A DNA stretch of 64,000 nucleotides from assembly GCA_964016885.1 (NCBI GenBank), contig OZ024742.1:366172001-366236000 (forward strand), written 5' to 3'. This document shows positions 1 through 12,400 of this stretch, one piece after another (position 1 is the first letter of the stretch; each line of letters begins with the position of its first letter). Made by a program: the position numbers and the translations under genes. The stretch comes from Eledone cirrhosa (taxonomy: Eukaryota). The notes under the pieces were generated by a model that saw only the letters and a program-made list of their open reading frames with translations, ran no database searches and had not been told where the DNA came from.

Positions 1-2241
1 TTTTATGCTTACTGCCTCTGTAATTTGCCTAAACATTGCGTCTTTCTTGTGTGTGGATTCTATTTTTATTTCTATGCTCTCTAATTTACCCCTGTGTTCT
101 ATCTTAGCATGTTGGTAGATCACAGATGATTCTTTATTATCTTGGAGGTCTCGCCAGTGTTCATTTATTCGTTCCCCTATACTACGAGCTGTCTCACCTA
201 TGTACACTACATTTTTGTTTCTACATTGTCCTTCAGTACATCTTATGCTATATACTACATTTCTAGTTTTACAGTTAATATGGGGGCTTATTTTACAGGT
301 TATACATTTCTTATCTATACATGAGGGTCTTTGGAACGGGTATGTCTTGCTAATAAGTGTTTTTACGGAGGTACCAGGTCTTTCTACTATCTTAATATTG
401 AGGTTATGTTTCTTTAGGGCCCTTCTAAATTTGTAGGCTAGTTCGCCTCTAGGGGTTGTATTGATGAACATTACACTCTGGTATTTATTGCTATCATACC
501 ATGAGTTTATTCTATTGGCCTTGTTCTTAGTTCTTTCTATTCTATTCCAAAATTTGCTCCTATACAAGGGGCAGGTCCCATTTATGTCATTATTTACCAT
601 TTTTTCCCATTTGGTTCTGGCTCCTTTATACACTCTGATTCTATCTCTCTGATTGTAGCCAGAGAACTGCATACGGTGGATGAAGTGTTGTATGTGTCTC
701 TCTAGTTCTTCGGGGTTGCACATGCGGGACACATTTCTCATCACCCGTACCAAATCCGCAATCAGTATGTTGATTTTGGTATGGTCCGAAATGGCCGAGT
801 TTCGGTGGATCAGATGTTTGGAAGTCATGGGTTTGGCATAATCGGAATGGAGGATTTGTTTTTGGTTGTTAATAGTATCTAACCAGAGCTCTGTGTCTAG
901 TACAGGTAATCGATGGTTGGGGTGTCTACTTGGGTAGTCTATAGTAACTCTAATGCTCTGGTGGATGGAGTTTGCTATTTGCTGGATGCTTTCCATTGTG
1001 TTTTTCTCTAGTTCCTGACTGTTCTTTAGTGGGGGTGTCTTAACTACGATGTTTATATCATCTACGTAGCGGGAGTACATTATCAGGGTTAAGCTGTCTT
1101 CTAATTGTTCATTAAGTTTTTGTTTAAGTCTACTGTCCCACCATACCATGAATAAGTTAGCTATGTCGCCTGCAATGCTAACCCCAATGGCTGCTCCTTC
1201 CTCTTGGGCATATGTTTTACCATTAAATTTGAACATATGTTCCTTAAGGGTTAGTTTTATGCTGGCCCCTACCGCATGTGCAATCATTTTCTTCAGTTCA
1301 TCATGGTTTTCGGGTGTCCGTATGGCTCTGGTCCACCCGTTCCATCTATCTGTGTGGGTTTTCTTGGCCATTGAGGTAATGGTAGGTGGTCTGCCTCTTG
1401 CTGGTCTTGTAGGGCACAGGTTGCTAAGGTCATAAGTGTCTAGGTAACTATTACTATGGGTAAGCTTAAGTAGAAGTCCCAGCTCACTGGTATCAATCCC
1501 ACGGAACTCAACCTTGCTCTCGCTGATCATTTCGACGCATTTCTCCACAGCAAAATCCACGTCAATAGATGGATACAGGGACACAACATCCATACTGCCT
1601 ATTATGCAGTTTGTTAGGTCCCCAGATCGGTTACCCGCGCCGATTCTGCTGAGGAGGTCCTCCGTGCTGTCACACACATCTGGGGACATCTCAATGATGG
1701 GGCGTATGATCAGGGAGAGGAAGTAGGACAGTCTGTAGTTACTAGCAATGTTAGCCCCACAGACTGGCCGTGTTGGTGGTCCCGCGACAGGGTCCCAGCC
1801 TGTTTTATGGTCTTTACGAAGCCCATACAACGCCGGCACGTCATTGTTCCAGGCCTGGAAGTTGTTGGCAGTCCTTTTGTTGGGCTGCATTATATTTGTC
1901 CACATCACCATATGGGCATTGAGGGTTTTTTCTCTATCCTCATGCTCCTGTGGTGTTACCTCTCTTGTGTTAGTGATGTGGGGTTGCATTGCCTGGATGT
2001 AGTTTGGCAGGCTGTCAACCGACATTCTGCCAGACTTGTCTGTTGGAAAGCATGCTATCTCTCCATTACGCGAGCGCTGCATGAGCTTACGCAAGCCATT
2101 TGCAGATTCTTCTCCCAGTTGCTGGGCCTCTATTCTATTATGCTTCTTGCTATACTCTTCTATAATATTTCTAAGTTCGGATCTAGCTATACTAAATTGT
2201 GCCTCTGTTTGTTCATCGACCTGCGACGGCAACTGCGTGCG
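1..2241 (-). CDS. Penelope-like element polyprotein (reverse transcriptase + GIY-YIG endonuclease), Naiad-like; partial: 5' end truncated at the satellite, 3' end outside the window
   Basis: Hand translation of the minus frame ending at base 1 gives 747 codons with no stop. Motifs in order: FPTDKSGRMSV (DKSG 2029-2040); VPALYGLRKDHK...GPPTRPVCGA (RT motifs 1-2, about 1753-1839); GSMDVVSLYPSID (motif A, 1561-1599); YAQEEGAAIGVSIAGDIANLFM (motif B, about 1147-1212); YSRYVDDI (YVDD 1057-1068); LPVLDTELW (motif E region); thumb ...RMQFSGY; linker C-x4-C-x2-C-x7-C (271-321); NVVYSIRC...C...VVYIGETARSIGERINEH (VVY 250-258, YIG 196-204); RQITEA (putative catalytic Glu 16-18). First in-frame ATG at 2082; the upstream in-frame TAA (2242-2244) lies inside the satellite. 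Confidence 0.95.
1..2241 (-). mobile_element. Penelope-like retrotransposon (EN+ PLE, probably Naiad clade), 5'-truncated copy
   Basis: RT followed by a C-terminal GIY-YIG endonuclease is the defining architecture of EN+ PLEs. DKS rather than DKG, KDHK in motif 1, a long (about 119 aa) spacer between motifs A and B, the PLYR-x-K-x-W...WY post-thumb segment and the Cys-rich linker fit Naiad as I recall it. The clade call needs a phylogeny. No pLTR or hammerhead ribozyme is visible; it would lie left of the window. Confidence 0.88.
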
Positions 2242-5200
2242 TTAGTGTCTGTTATGTCACTGTATTGTAGATATATCTTATAGTTCCCCTTATTTAGTGT
2301 CTGTTATGCCACTATATTGTAGATCTATCTGATAGGTCCCCCTATTTAGTGTCTCTTATGTCACTATATTGTAGATCTATCTTATAGTTCCCCTTATTTA
2401 GTGTCTGTTGTGTCACTATATTGTAGATATATCTTATAGTCCCCTTATTTAGTGTCTTGTGTCACTATATTGTAGATATATCTTATAGTTCGCCTTATTT
2501 AGTGTCTGTTGTGTCACTGTATTGTATATATATCTCATAGTTCCCCTTATTTAGTTCCTGTTGTGTCACTATATTATAGATATATCTTATAGTTCCCCTT
2601 ATTTAGTGTCTGTTGTGTCACTCTATTGTAGATATATCTTATAGTTCCCCTTATTTAGTGTCTGTTATGTCACTGTATTGTAGATCTATCTTATAGTTCC
2701 CTAATTTAGTGTCTGTTATGTCGCTATATTGTAGATATATCTTATAGTGCCCCTTATTTAGTGTCTGTTGTGTCACTGTATTGTAGATATATCTTATAGT
2801 TCCCCTTATTTAGTGCCTGTTGTGTCAGTATATTATAGATATATCTTATAGTTCCCCTTATAAAGTGTCTGTTGTGTCACTGTATTGTAGATATATCTTA
2901 TAGTTCCCCTTATTTAGTGTCTGTTGTGTCACTATATTGTAGATCTATCTTATAGTTGCCCTTATTTAGTGTCTGTTATGTCACTATATTGTAGATATAT
3001 CTTATAGTTCCCCTTATTTAGTGTCCAATGTGTCACTATATTGTAGATATATCTTATAGTTACCCTTATTTAGTGTCCGTTGTGTCACTATATTGTAGAT
3101 ATATCTTATAGTTGCCCTTAGTTAGTATCTGCTGTGTCACTATATTGTAGATATATCTTATAGTTCTCTTTATTAAGTGTCTACAGTGTCACTATATTGA
3201 AGATATATCTTATAGTTCCCCTTATTTAGTGTCTGCTGTGTCACTATATTGTAGATCTATCTTATAGTTCCCCTTATTTAGTATCTGTTATGTCACTATA
3301 TTGTAGATATATCTTATTGTTCTCCTTATTTAGTGTCTGTTATGTCACTGTATTGTAGATATATCTTATGGTTGCCCTTATTTAGTGTCTGTTATGTCAC
3401 TGTATTGTAGATATATCTTATAGTTCCCCTTATTTAGTGTCATATATGTCACTATATTGTAGATATTTCTTATAGTTCCCCTTATTTAGTGTCTGTTATG
3501 TCACTATATTGTAGATATATCTTATAGTTCCCCTTATTTAGTGTCTGTTATGTGACTATATTGTAGATATTTTTTATAGTTCCCCTTATTTAGTGTCTGT
3601 TATGTCACTCTATTAAAGATATATCTTATAGTTCCCCTTATTTAGTGTCCTTTGTTTCACTATATTGTAGATATATCTTATAGTTCCCCTTATTTAGTGT
3701 CTGCTGTGTCACTATATTGTAGATCTATCTTATAGTTCCCCTTATTTAGTATCTGTTGTTTCACTATATTGTAGATATATCTTATAGTTCTCATTATTTA
3801 GTGTCTGTTATGTCACTGCATTGTAGATATATCTTATAGTTCCCCTTATTTAGTGTCCATTGTGTCACTGTATTGTAGATATTTCTTATAGTTCCCCTTA
3901 TTTAGTGTCTGTTGTGTCACTATTTTATAGATATATCTTATAGTTCCCCTTATTTAGTGTCTGTTATGTCACTGTATTGTAGATCTATCTTATAGTTCCC
4001 CTTATTTAGTGTCTGTTGTATCACTGTATTATAGATATATCTTATAGTTTCCCTTATTTAGTGTCTGTTGTGTCACTGTATTGTAGATCTATCTTCTAGT
4101 TCCCCTTATTTAGTGTCTGTTATGTCACTGTATTGTAGATATATCTTATAGTTCCCCTTATATTGTGTCTATTGTGTCACTATATTGTAAATATATCTTA
4201 TAGTCCCCTTAATTAGTGTCTGTTGTGTCACTATATTATAGATATATCTTCTAGTTGCCCTTATTTAGTGTTTGTCATGTCACTATATTGTAGATATATC
4301 TTATAGTTCTCCTTATTTAGAGGCTGTTGTGTCACTGTATTGTAGATATATCTTATAGTACCCCTTATTTAGTGTCTGTTGTGTCACTATATTGTAGATA
4401 TATCTTATAGTTCCCCTTATTTAGTTTTAAAAATGTCACTATATTGTAGATATATCTTATAGTTCCCCTTATTTAGTGTTTGTTATGTCACTGTATTGTA
4501 GATATACCTTATAGTGCCCCTTATTTAGTGTCTGTTATGTCACTATATTGTAGATATATCTTATAGTTCCCCTTATTTAGTATCTATTATGTCACTGTAT
4601 TGTAGATATATCTTATAGTTCCCCTTATTTAGTGTCTGTTATGCCACTATATTGTAGATCTATCTTATAGTTCCCCCTATTTAGTGTCTCTTATGTCACT
4701 ATATTGTAGATCTATCTTATAGTTCCCCTTATTTAGTGTCTGTTGTGTCACTATATTGTAGATATATCTTATAGTCCCCTTATTTAGTGTCTTGTGTCAC
4801 TATATTGTAGATATATCTTATAGTTCGCCTTATTTAGTGTCTGTTGTGTCTCTGTATTGTATATATATCTCATAGTTCCCCTTATTTAGTTCCTGTTGTG
4901 TCACTATATTATAGATATATCTTATAGTTCCCCTTATTTAGTGTCTGTTGTGTCACTCTATTGTAGATATATCTTATAGTTCCCCTTATTTAGTGTCTGT
5001 TATGTCACTGTATTGTAGATCTATCTTATAGTTCCCTTATTTAGTGTCTGTTATGTCGCTATATTGTAGATATATCTTATAGTGCCCCTTATTTAGTGTC
5101 TGTTGTGTCACTGTATTGTAGATATATCTTATAGTTCCCCTTATTTAGTGCCTGTTGTGTCAGTATATTATAGATATATCTTATAGTTCCCCTTATAAAG

Positions 5201-8200
5201 TGTCTGTTGTGTCACTGTATTGTAGATATATCTTATAGTTCCCCTTATTTAGTGTCTGTTATGTCACTGTATTGTAGATCTATCTTATAGTTCCCCTTAT
5301 TTAGTGTCTGTGGTGTCACTGTATTGTAGATCTATCTTATAGTTGCCCTTATTTAGTGTCTGTTATGTAACTATATTGTAGATATATCTTATAGTTCCCC
5401 TTATTTAGTGTCCAATGTGTCACTATATTGTAGATATATCTTATAGTTCCCCTTATTTAGTGTCCGTTGTATCACTATATTGTAGATATATCTTATAGTT
5501 GCCCTTAGTTAGTATCTGCTGTGTCACTATATTGTAGATATATCTTATAGTTCTCCTTATTAAGTGTCTACAGTGTCACTATATTGAAGATATATCTTAT
5601 AGTTCCCCTTATTTAGTGTCTGCTGTGTCACTATATTGTAGATCTATCTTATAGTTCCCCTTATTTAGTATCGGTTGTTTCACTATATTGTAGATATATC
5701 TTATTGTTCTCCTTATTTAGTGTCTGTTATGTCACTGTATTGTAGATATATCTTATGGTTGCCCTTATTTAGTGTCTGTTATGTCACTGTATTGTAGATA
5801 TATCTTATAGTTCCCCTTATTTAGTGTCATATATGTCACTATATTGTAGATATTTCTTATAGTTCCCCTTATTTAGTGTCTGTTATGTGAACTATATTGT
5901 GGATATATCTTATAGTTCCCCTTATTTAGTGTCTGTTATGTCACTATATTGTAGATATGTTTTATAGTTCCCCTTATTTAGTGTCTGATATGTCACTCTA
6001 TTGAAGATATATCTTATAGTTCCCCTTATTTAGTGTCCTTTGTGTCACTATATTGTAGATATATCTCATAGTTCTCCTTAGTTAGTATCTGCTGTGTCAC
6101 TAAATTGTAGATATATCTTATAGTTCTCCATATTAAGTGTCTGCTGTGTCACTATATTGTAGATATATCTTATAGTTCACCTTATTTAGTGTCTGCTGTG
6201 TCACTATATTGTAGATCTATCTTATAGTTCCCCTTATTTAGTATCTGTTGTTTCACTATATTGTAGATATATCTTATAGTTCTCATTATTTAGTGTCTGT
6301 TATGTCACTGCTTTGTAGATATATCTTATAGTTCCCCTTATTTAGTGTCCATTGTGTCACTGTATTGTAGATATTTCTTATAGTTCCCCTTATTTAGTGT
6401 CTGTTGTGTCACTATTTTATAGATATATCTTATAGTTCCCCTTATTTAGTGTCTGTTATGTCACTGTATTGTAGATCTATCTTATAGTTCCCCTTATTTA
6501 GTGTCTGTTGTATCACTGTATTATAGATATATCTTATAGTTCCCCTTATTTAGTGTCTGTTGTGTCACTGTATTGTAGATCTATCTTCTAGTTCCCCTTA
6601 TTTAGTGTCTGTTATGTCACTGTATTGTAGATATATCTTATAGTTCCTCTTATATAGTGTCTATTGTGTCACTATATTGTAAATATATCTTATAGTCCCC
6701 TTAATTAGTGTCTGTTGTGTCACTATATTATAGATATATCTTCTAGTTCCCCTTATTTAGTGTTTGTCATGTCACTATATTGTAGATATATCTTATAGTT
6801 CTCCTTATTTAGAGTCTGTTGTGTCACTGTATTGTAGATATATCTTATAGTTCCCCTTATTTAGTGTTTGTTATGTCACTGTATTGTAGATATACCTTAT
6901 AGTGCCCCTTATTTAGTGTCTGTTATGTCACTATATTGTAGATATATCTTATAGTTCCCCTTATTTAGTATCTATTATGTCACTGTATTGTAGATATATC
7001 TTATAGTTCCCCTTATTTAGTGTCTGTTATGCCACTATATTGTAGATCTATCTTATAGTTCCCCCTATTTAGTGTCTCTTATGTCACTATATTGTAGATC
7101 TATCTTATAGTTCCCCTTATTTAGTGTCTGTTGTGTCACTATATTGTAGATATATCTTATAGTCCCCTTATTTAGTGTCTTGTGTCACTATATTGTAGAT
7201 ATATCTTATAGTTCGCCTTATTTAGTGTCTGTTGTGTCACTGTATTGTATATATATCTCATAGTTCCCCTTATTTAGTTCCTGTTGTGTCACTATATTAT
7301 AGATATATCTTATAGCTCCCCTTATTTAGTGTCTGTTGTGTCACTCTATTGTAGATATATCTTATAGTTCCCCTTATTTAGTGTCTGTTATGTCACTGTA
7401 TTGTAGATCTATCTTATAGTTCCCTTATTTAGTGTCTGTTATGTCGCTATATTGTAGATATATCTTATAGTTCCCCTTATTTAGTGTCTGTTATGTCACT
7501 GTATTGTAGATCTATCTTATAGTTCCCCTTATTTAGTGTCTGTTATGTCACTGTATTGTAGATCTATCTTATAGTTGCCCTTATTTAGTGTCTGTTATGT
7601 AACTGTATTATAGATATATCTTATAGTTCCCCTTATTTAGTGTCTGTTGTGTCATTATATTGTAGATATATCTTATAGTTGCCCTTATTTAGTGTCTGTT
7701 ATGTCACTATATTGTAGATATATCTCATAGTTCTCCTTATTTAGTGTCTGTTGTGTCACTATATTGTAGATCTATCTTATAGTTGCCCTTATTTAGTGTC
7801 TGTTATGTCACTATATTGTAGATATATCTTATAGTTCCCCTTATTTAGTGTCCAATGTGTCACTATATTGTAGATATATCTTATAGTTTCCCTTATGTAG
7901 TGTCCGTTGTGTCACTATATTGTAGATATATCTTATAGTTGCCCTTAGTTAGTATCTGCTGTGTCACTATATTGTAGATATATCTTATAGTTCTCCTTAT
8001 TAAGTGTCTACAGTGTCACTATATTGAAGATATATCTTATAGTTCCCCTTATTTAGTGCCTGCTGTGTCACTATATTGTAGATCTATCTTATAGTTCCCC
8101 TTATTTAGTATCGGTTGTTTCACTATATTGTAGATATATCTTATTGTTCTCCTTATTTAGTGTCTGTTATGTCACTGTATTGTAGATATATCTTATGGTT

Positions 8201-9400
8201 GCCCTTATTTAGTGTCTGTTATGTCACTGTATTGTAGATATATCTTATAGTTCCCCTTATTTAGTGTCATATATGTCACTATATTGTAGATATTTCTTAT
8301 AGTTCCCCTTATTTAGTGTCTGTTATGTCACTATATTGTAGATATATCTTCTAGTTCCCCTTATTTAGTGTCTGTTATGTCACTATATTGTAGATATTTC
8401 TTATAGTTCCCCTTATTTAGTGTCTATTATGTCACTATATTGTAGATCTATTTTATAGTTCCACTTATTTAGTGTGTGTTATGACACTATATTGTAGATA
8501 TATCTAATAGTTCCCCTTATTTAGTGTCTGTTATGTCACTATATTGTAGATATATCTTATAGTTCTCCTTATTTAGTGTCTGTTGTGTCACTGTATTGTA
8601 GATATATCTTATAGTTCCCATTATTTAGTGTCTGTTATGTCACTATATTGTAGATCTATCTTATAGTTCCCCTTATTTAGTGTCTGTTATGTCATTGTAT
8701 TGTAGATCTATCTTATAGTTCCCCTTATTTAGTGTCTGTTGTGCCACTATATTATAGATATATCTTACAGTTCCCCTTATTTAGTGTCTGTTATGTCACT
8801 GTATTGTAGATATATCTTATAGTTCCTCTTATATAGTGTCTATTGTGTCACTATATTGTAAATATACCTTATAGTTCCCTTAATTAGTGTCTGTTATGTC
8901 ACTGTATTGTCGATATATCTCATAGTTCCCCTTATTTAGTGTTTGTTATGTCACTGTATTGTAGATATATCTTATAGTTCTCCTTATTTAGAGTCTGTTA
9001 TGTCACTGTATTGTAGATATATCTTATAGTTCCCCTTATTTAGTCTGTTGTGTCACTATATTGTAGATATATCTTATAGTTCCCCTTATTTAGTTTAAAA
9101 AATGTCACTCTATTGTAGATATATCTTATAGTTCCCCTTATTTAGTGTTTGTTATGTCACTGTATTGTAGATATACCTTATAGTGCCCCTTATTTAGTGT
9201 CTGTTATGTCACTATATTGTAGATATATCCTATAGTTCCCCTTATTTAGTGTCTGTTATGTCACTGTGTTGTAGATATATCTCATAGTTCCCCTTATTTA
9301 GTGTCTGTTATGCCACTATATTGTAGATCTATCTCATAGTTCCCCCTATTTAGTGTCTCTTATGTCACTATATTGTAGATCTATATTATAGTTCCCCTTA
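2242..9400. repeat. Left higher-order repeat domain, about 2.3-2.4 kb (45-46 monomers), about 3 imperfect copies
   Basis: Private variant GTTCGCCTTA recurs at 2491, 4826 and 7214 (spacing 2335, 2388). TGTCCAATGT recurs near 3023, 5410 and 7850. The right boundary is approximate. Confidence 0.85.
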
Positions 9401-12400
9401 TTTATTGTCTGTTGTGTCACTATATTGTAGATATATCTTATAGTTCTCCTTATTAAGTGTCTACAGTGTCACTATATTGAAGATATATCTTATAGTTCCC
9501 CTTATTTAGTGTCTGCTGTGTCACTGTATTGTAGATCTATCTTATAGTTCCCCTTATTTTGTGTCTGTTGTATCACTGTATTGTAGATATATCTTCTAGT
9601 TCCCCTTATTTAGTGTCTGTTGTGTCACTGTATTGTAGATATATCTCATAGTTCTCCTTATTTAGTGTCTGTTGTGTCACTATATTATAGATATATCTTA
9701 TAGTTCCCCTTATTTAGTGTCTGTTATGTCACTGTATTGTAGATCTATCTTATAGTTCCCCTTATTTAGTGTCTGTTGTATCACTGTATTGTAGATATAT
9801 CTTATAGTTCCCCTTATTTAGTGTCTGTTGTGTCACTGTATTGTAGATAAATCTCATAGTTCTCCTTATTTAGTGTCTGTTGTGTCACTATATTGGAGAT
9901 CTATCGTATAGTTCCCCTTATTTAGTGTCTGTTATGTGACTATATTGTAGATATATCTTATAGTTCCCCTTATTTATTGTCTGTTATGTCACTGTATTGT
10001 AGATATATCTTATAGTTCCCCTTATATAGTGTCTGTTGTGTCACTATATTGTAGATATATCGTGTAGTCCCCTTATTTAGTGTCTGTTGTGTCACTATAT
10101 TATAGATATATCTTATAGTTCACCTTATTTAGTGTTTGTCATGTCACTATATTGTAGATATATCTTATAGTTCTCCTTATTTAGTGTCTGTTGTGTCACT
10201 GTATTGTAGATATATCTTATAGTTCCCATTATTTAGTGTCTGTTATGTCACTATATTGTAGATCTATCTTATAGTTCCCCTTATTTAGTGTCTGTTGTGT
10301 CACTGTATTGTAGATCTATCTCATAGTTCCCCTTATTTAGTATCTGTTGTGTCACTGTATTGTAGATCTATCTTATAGTTCCCCTTATTTAGTGTCTGTT
10401 ATGTCACTGTATTGTAGATCTATCTTATAGTTCCCCTTATTTAGTGTTTGTTGTGCCAATATATTATAGATATATCTTACAGTTCCCCTTATTTAGTGTC
10501 TGTTATGTCACTGTAATGTAGATATATCTTATAGTTCCCCGTATTAAGTGTCTGTTGTGTCACTATCTTATAGATATATCTTATAGTTCCCCTTATTTAG
10601 TGTCTGTTTTGTCACTGTATTGTAGATCTATCTTATAGTTCCCCCTATTTAGTGTCTGTTGTGTCATTGTTTTATAGATATAACTTATAATTCCCCTTAT
10701 TTATTGTCTGTTATGTCACTGTATTGTAGATATATCTTATAGTTCCCCTTATATAGTGTCTGTTGTGTCACTATATTGTAGATATATCGTGTATTCCCCT
10801 TATTTAGTGTCTGTTGTGTCACTATATTATAGATATATCTTATAGTTCACCTTATTTACTGTTTGTCATGTCACTATATTGTAGATATATCTTATAGTTC
10901 TCCTGATTTAGTGTCTGTTGTGTCACTGTATTGTAGATATATCTTATAGTTCCCCTTATTTTTTGTCTGTTGTGTCACTATATTGTAGATATATCTTATA
11001 GTTCCCCTTATTTAGTGTCATATATGTCACTATATTGTAGATATATCTTATAGTTCCCCTTATTTAGTGTCTGTTATGTCACTGTATTGTAGATCTATCT
11101 TATAGTTCCCCTTATTTAGTGTATGTTGTGTCACTGTATTGTAAATCTATCTTATAGTTCCTCTTATTTAGTGTCTGTTGTATCACTGTATTGTAGATAT
11201 ATCTTATAGTTCCCCTTATTTAGTGTCTGTTGTGTCACTGTATTGTAGATCTATCTTATTGTGCCCCTTTTTTAGTGTCTGTTGTGTCTCTGTATTATAG
11301 ATATAACTTATAGTTCCCCTTATGTATTGTCTGTTGTGTCACTATATTGTAGATACATCGTGTAGTCCCCTTATTTAGTGTCTGTTGTGTCACTATATTA
11401 TAGATATATCTTATAGTTCACCTTATTTAGTGTTTGTCATGTCACTATATTGTAGATATATCTCATAGTTCTCCTTATTTAGTGTCTGTTGTGTCACCGT
11501 ATTGTAGATATATCTTATAGTTCCCCTTATTTAGTGTCTGTTGTGTCACTATATTGTAGATATATCTTATAGTTCCCCTTATTTAGTGTCATATATGTCA
11601 CTATATTGTAGATATATCTTATAGTTCCCCTTATTCAGTGTCTGTTATGTCACTGTATTGTAGATATATCTTATAGTTCTCCTTATTTAGTGTCTGTTGT
11701 GTCACTGTATTGTAGATATATCTTATAGTTCCCATTATTTAGTGTCTGTTATGTCACTATATTGTAGATCTATCTTATAGTTCCCCTTATTTAGTGTCTG
11801 TTATGTCATTGTATTGTAGATCTATCTTATAGTTCCCCTTATTTAGTGTCTGTTGTGCCACTATATTATAGATATATCTTACAGTTCCCCTTATTTAGTG
11901 TCTGTTATGTCACTGTATTGTAGATATATCTTATAGTTCCTCTTATATAGTGTCTATTGTGTCACTATATTGTAAATATACCTTATAGTTCCCTTAATTA
12001 GTGTCTGTTATGTCACTGTATTGTCGATATATCTCATAGTTCCCCTTATTTAGTGTTTGTTATGTCACTGTATTGTAGATATATCTTATAGTTCTCCTTA
12101 TTTAGAGTCTGTTGTGTCACTGTATTGTAGATATATCTTATAGTTCCCCTTATTTAGTCTGTTGTGTCACTATATTGTAGATATATCTTATAGTTCCCCT
12201 TATTTAGTTTAAAAAATGTCACTCTATTGTAGATATATCTTATAGTTCCCCTTATTTAGTGTTTGTTATGTCACTGTATTGTAGATATACCTTATAGTGC
12301 CCCTTATTTAGTGTCTGTTGTGTCACTATATTGTAGATATATCCTATAGTTCCCCTTATTTAGTGTCTGTTATGTCACTGTATTGTAGATATATCTTATA

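Noticed and set aside
1-2241. Selenocysteine recoding in the PLE
   Set aside because: No in-frame TGA in the 747 visible codons.
142-2283. Eight short plus-strand ORFs in the track
   Set aside because: They are antisense shadows of the minus-strand PLE frame and have no recognisable motifs.
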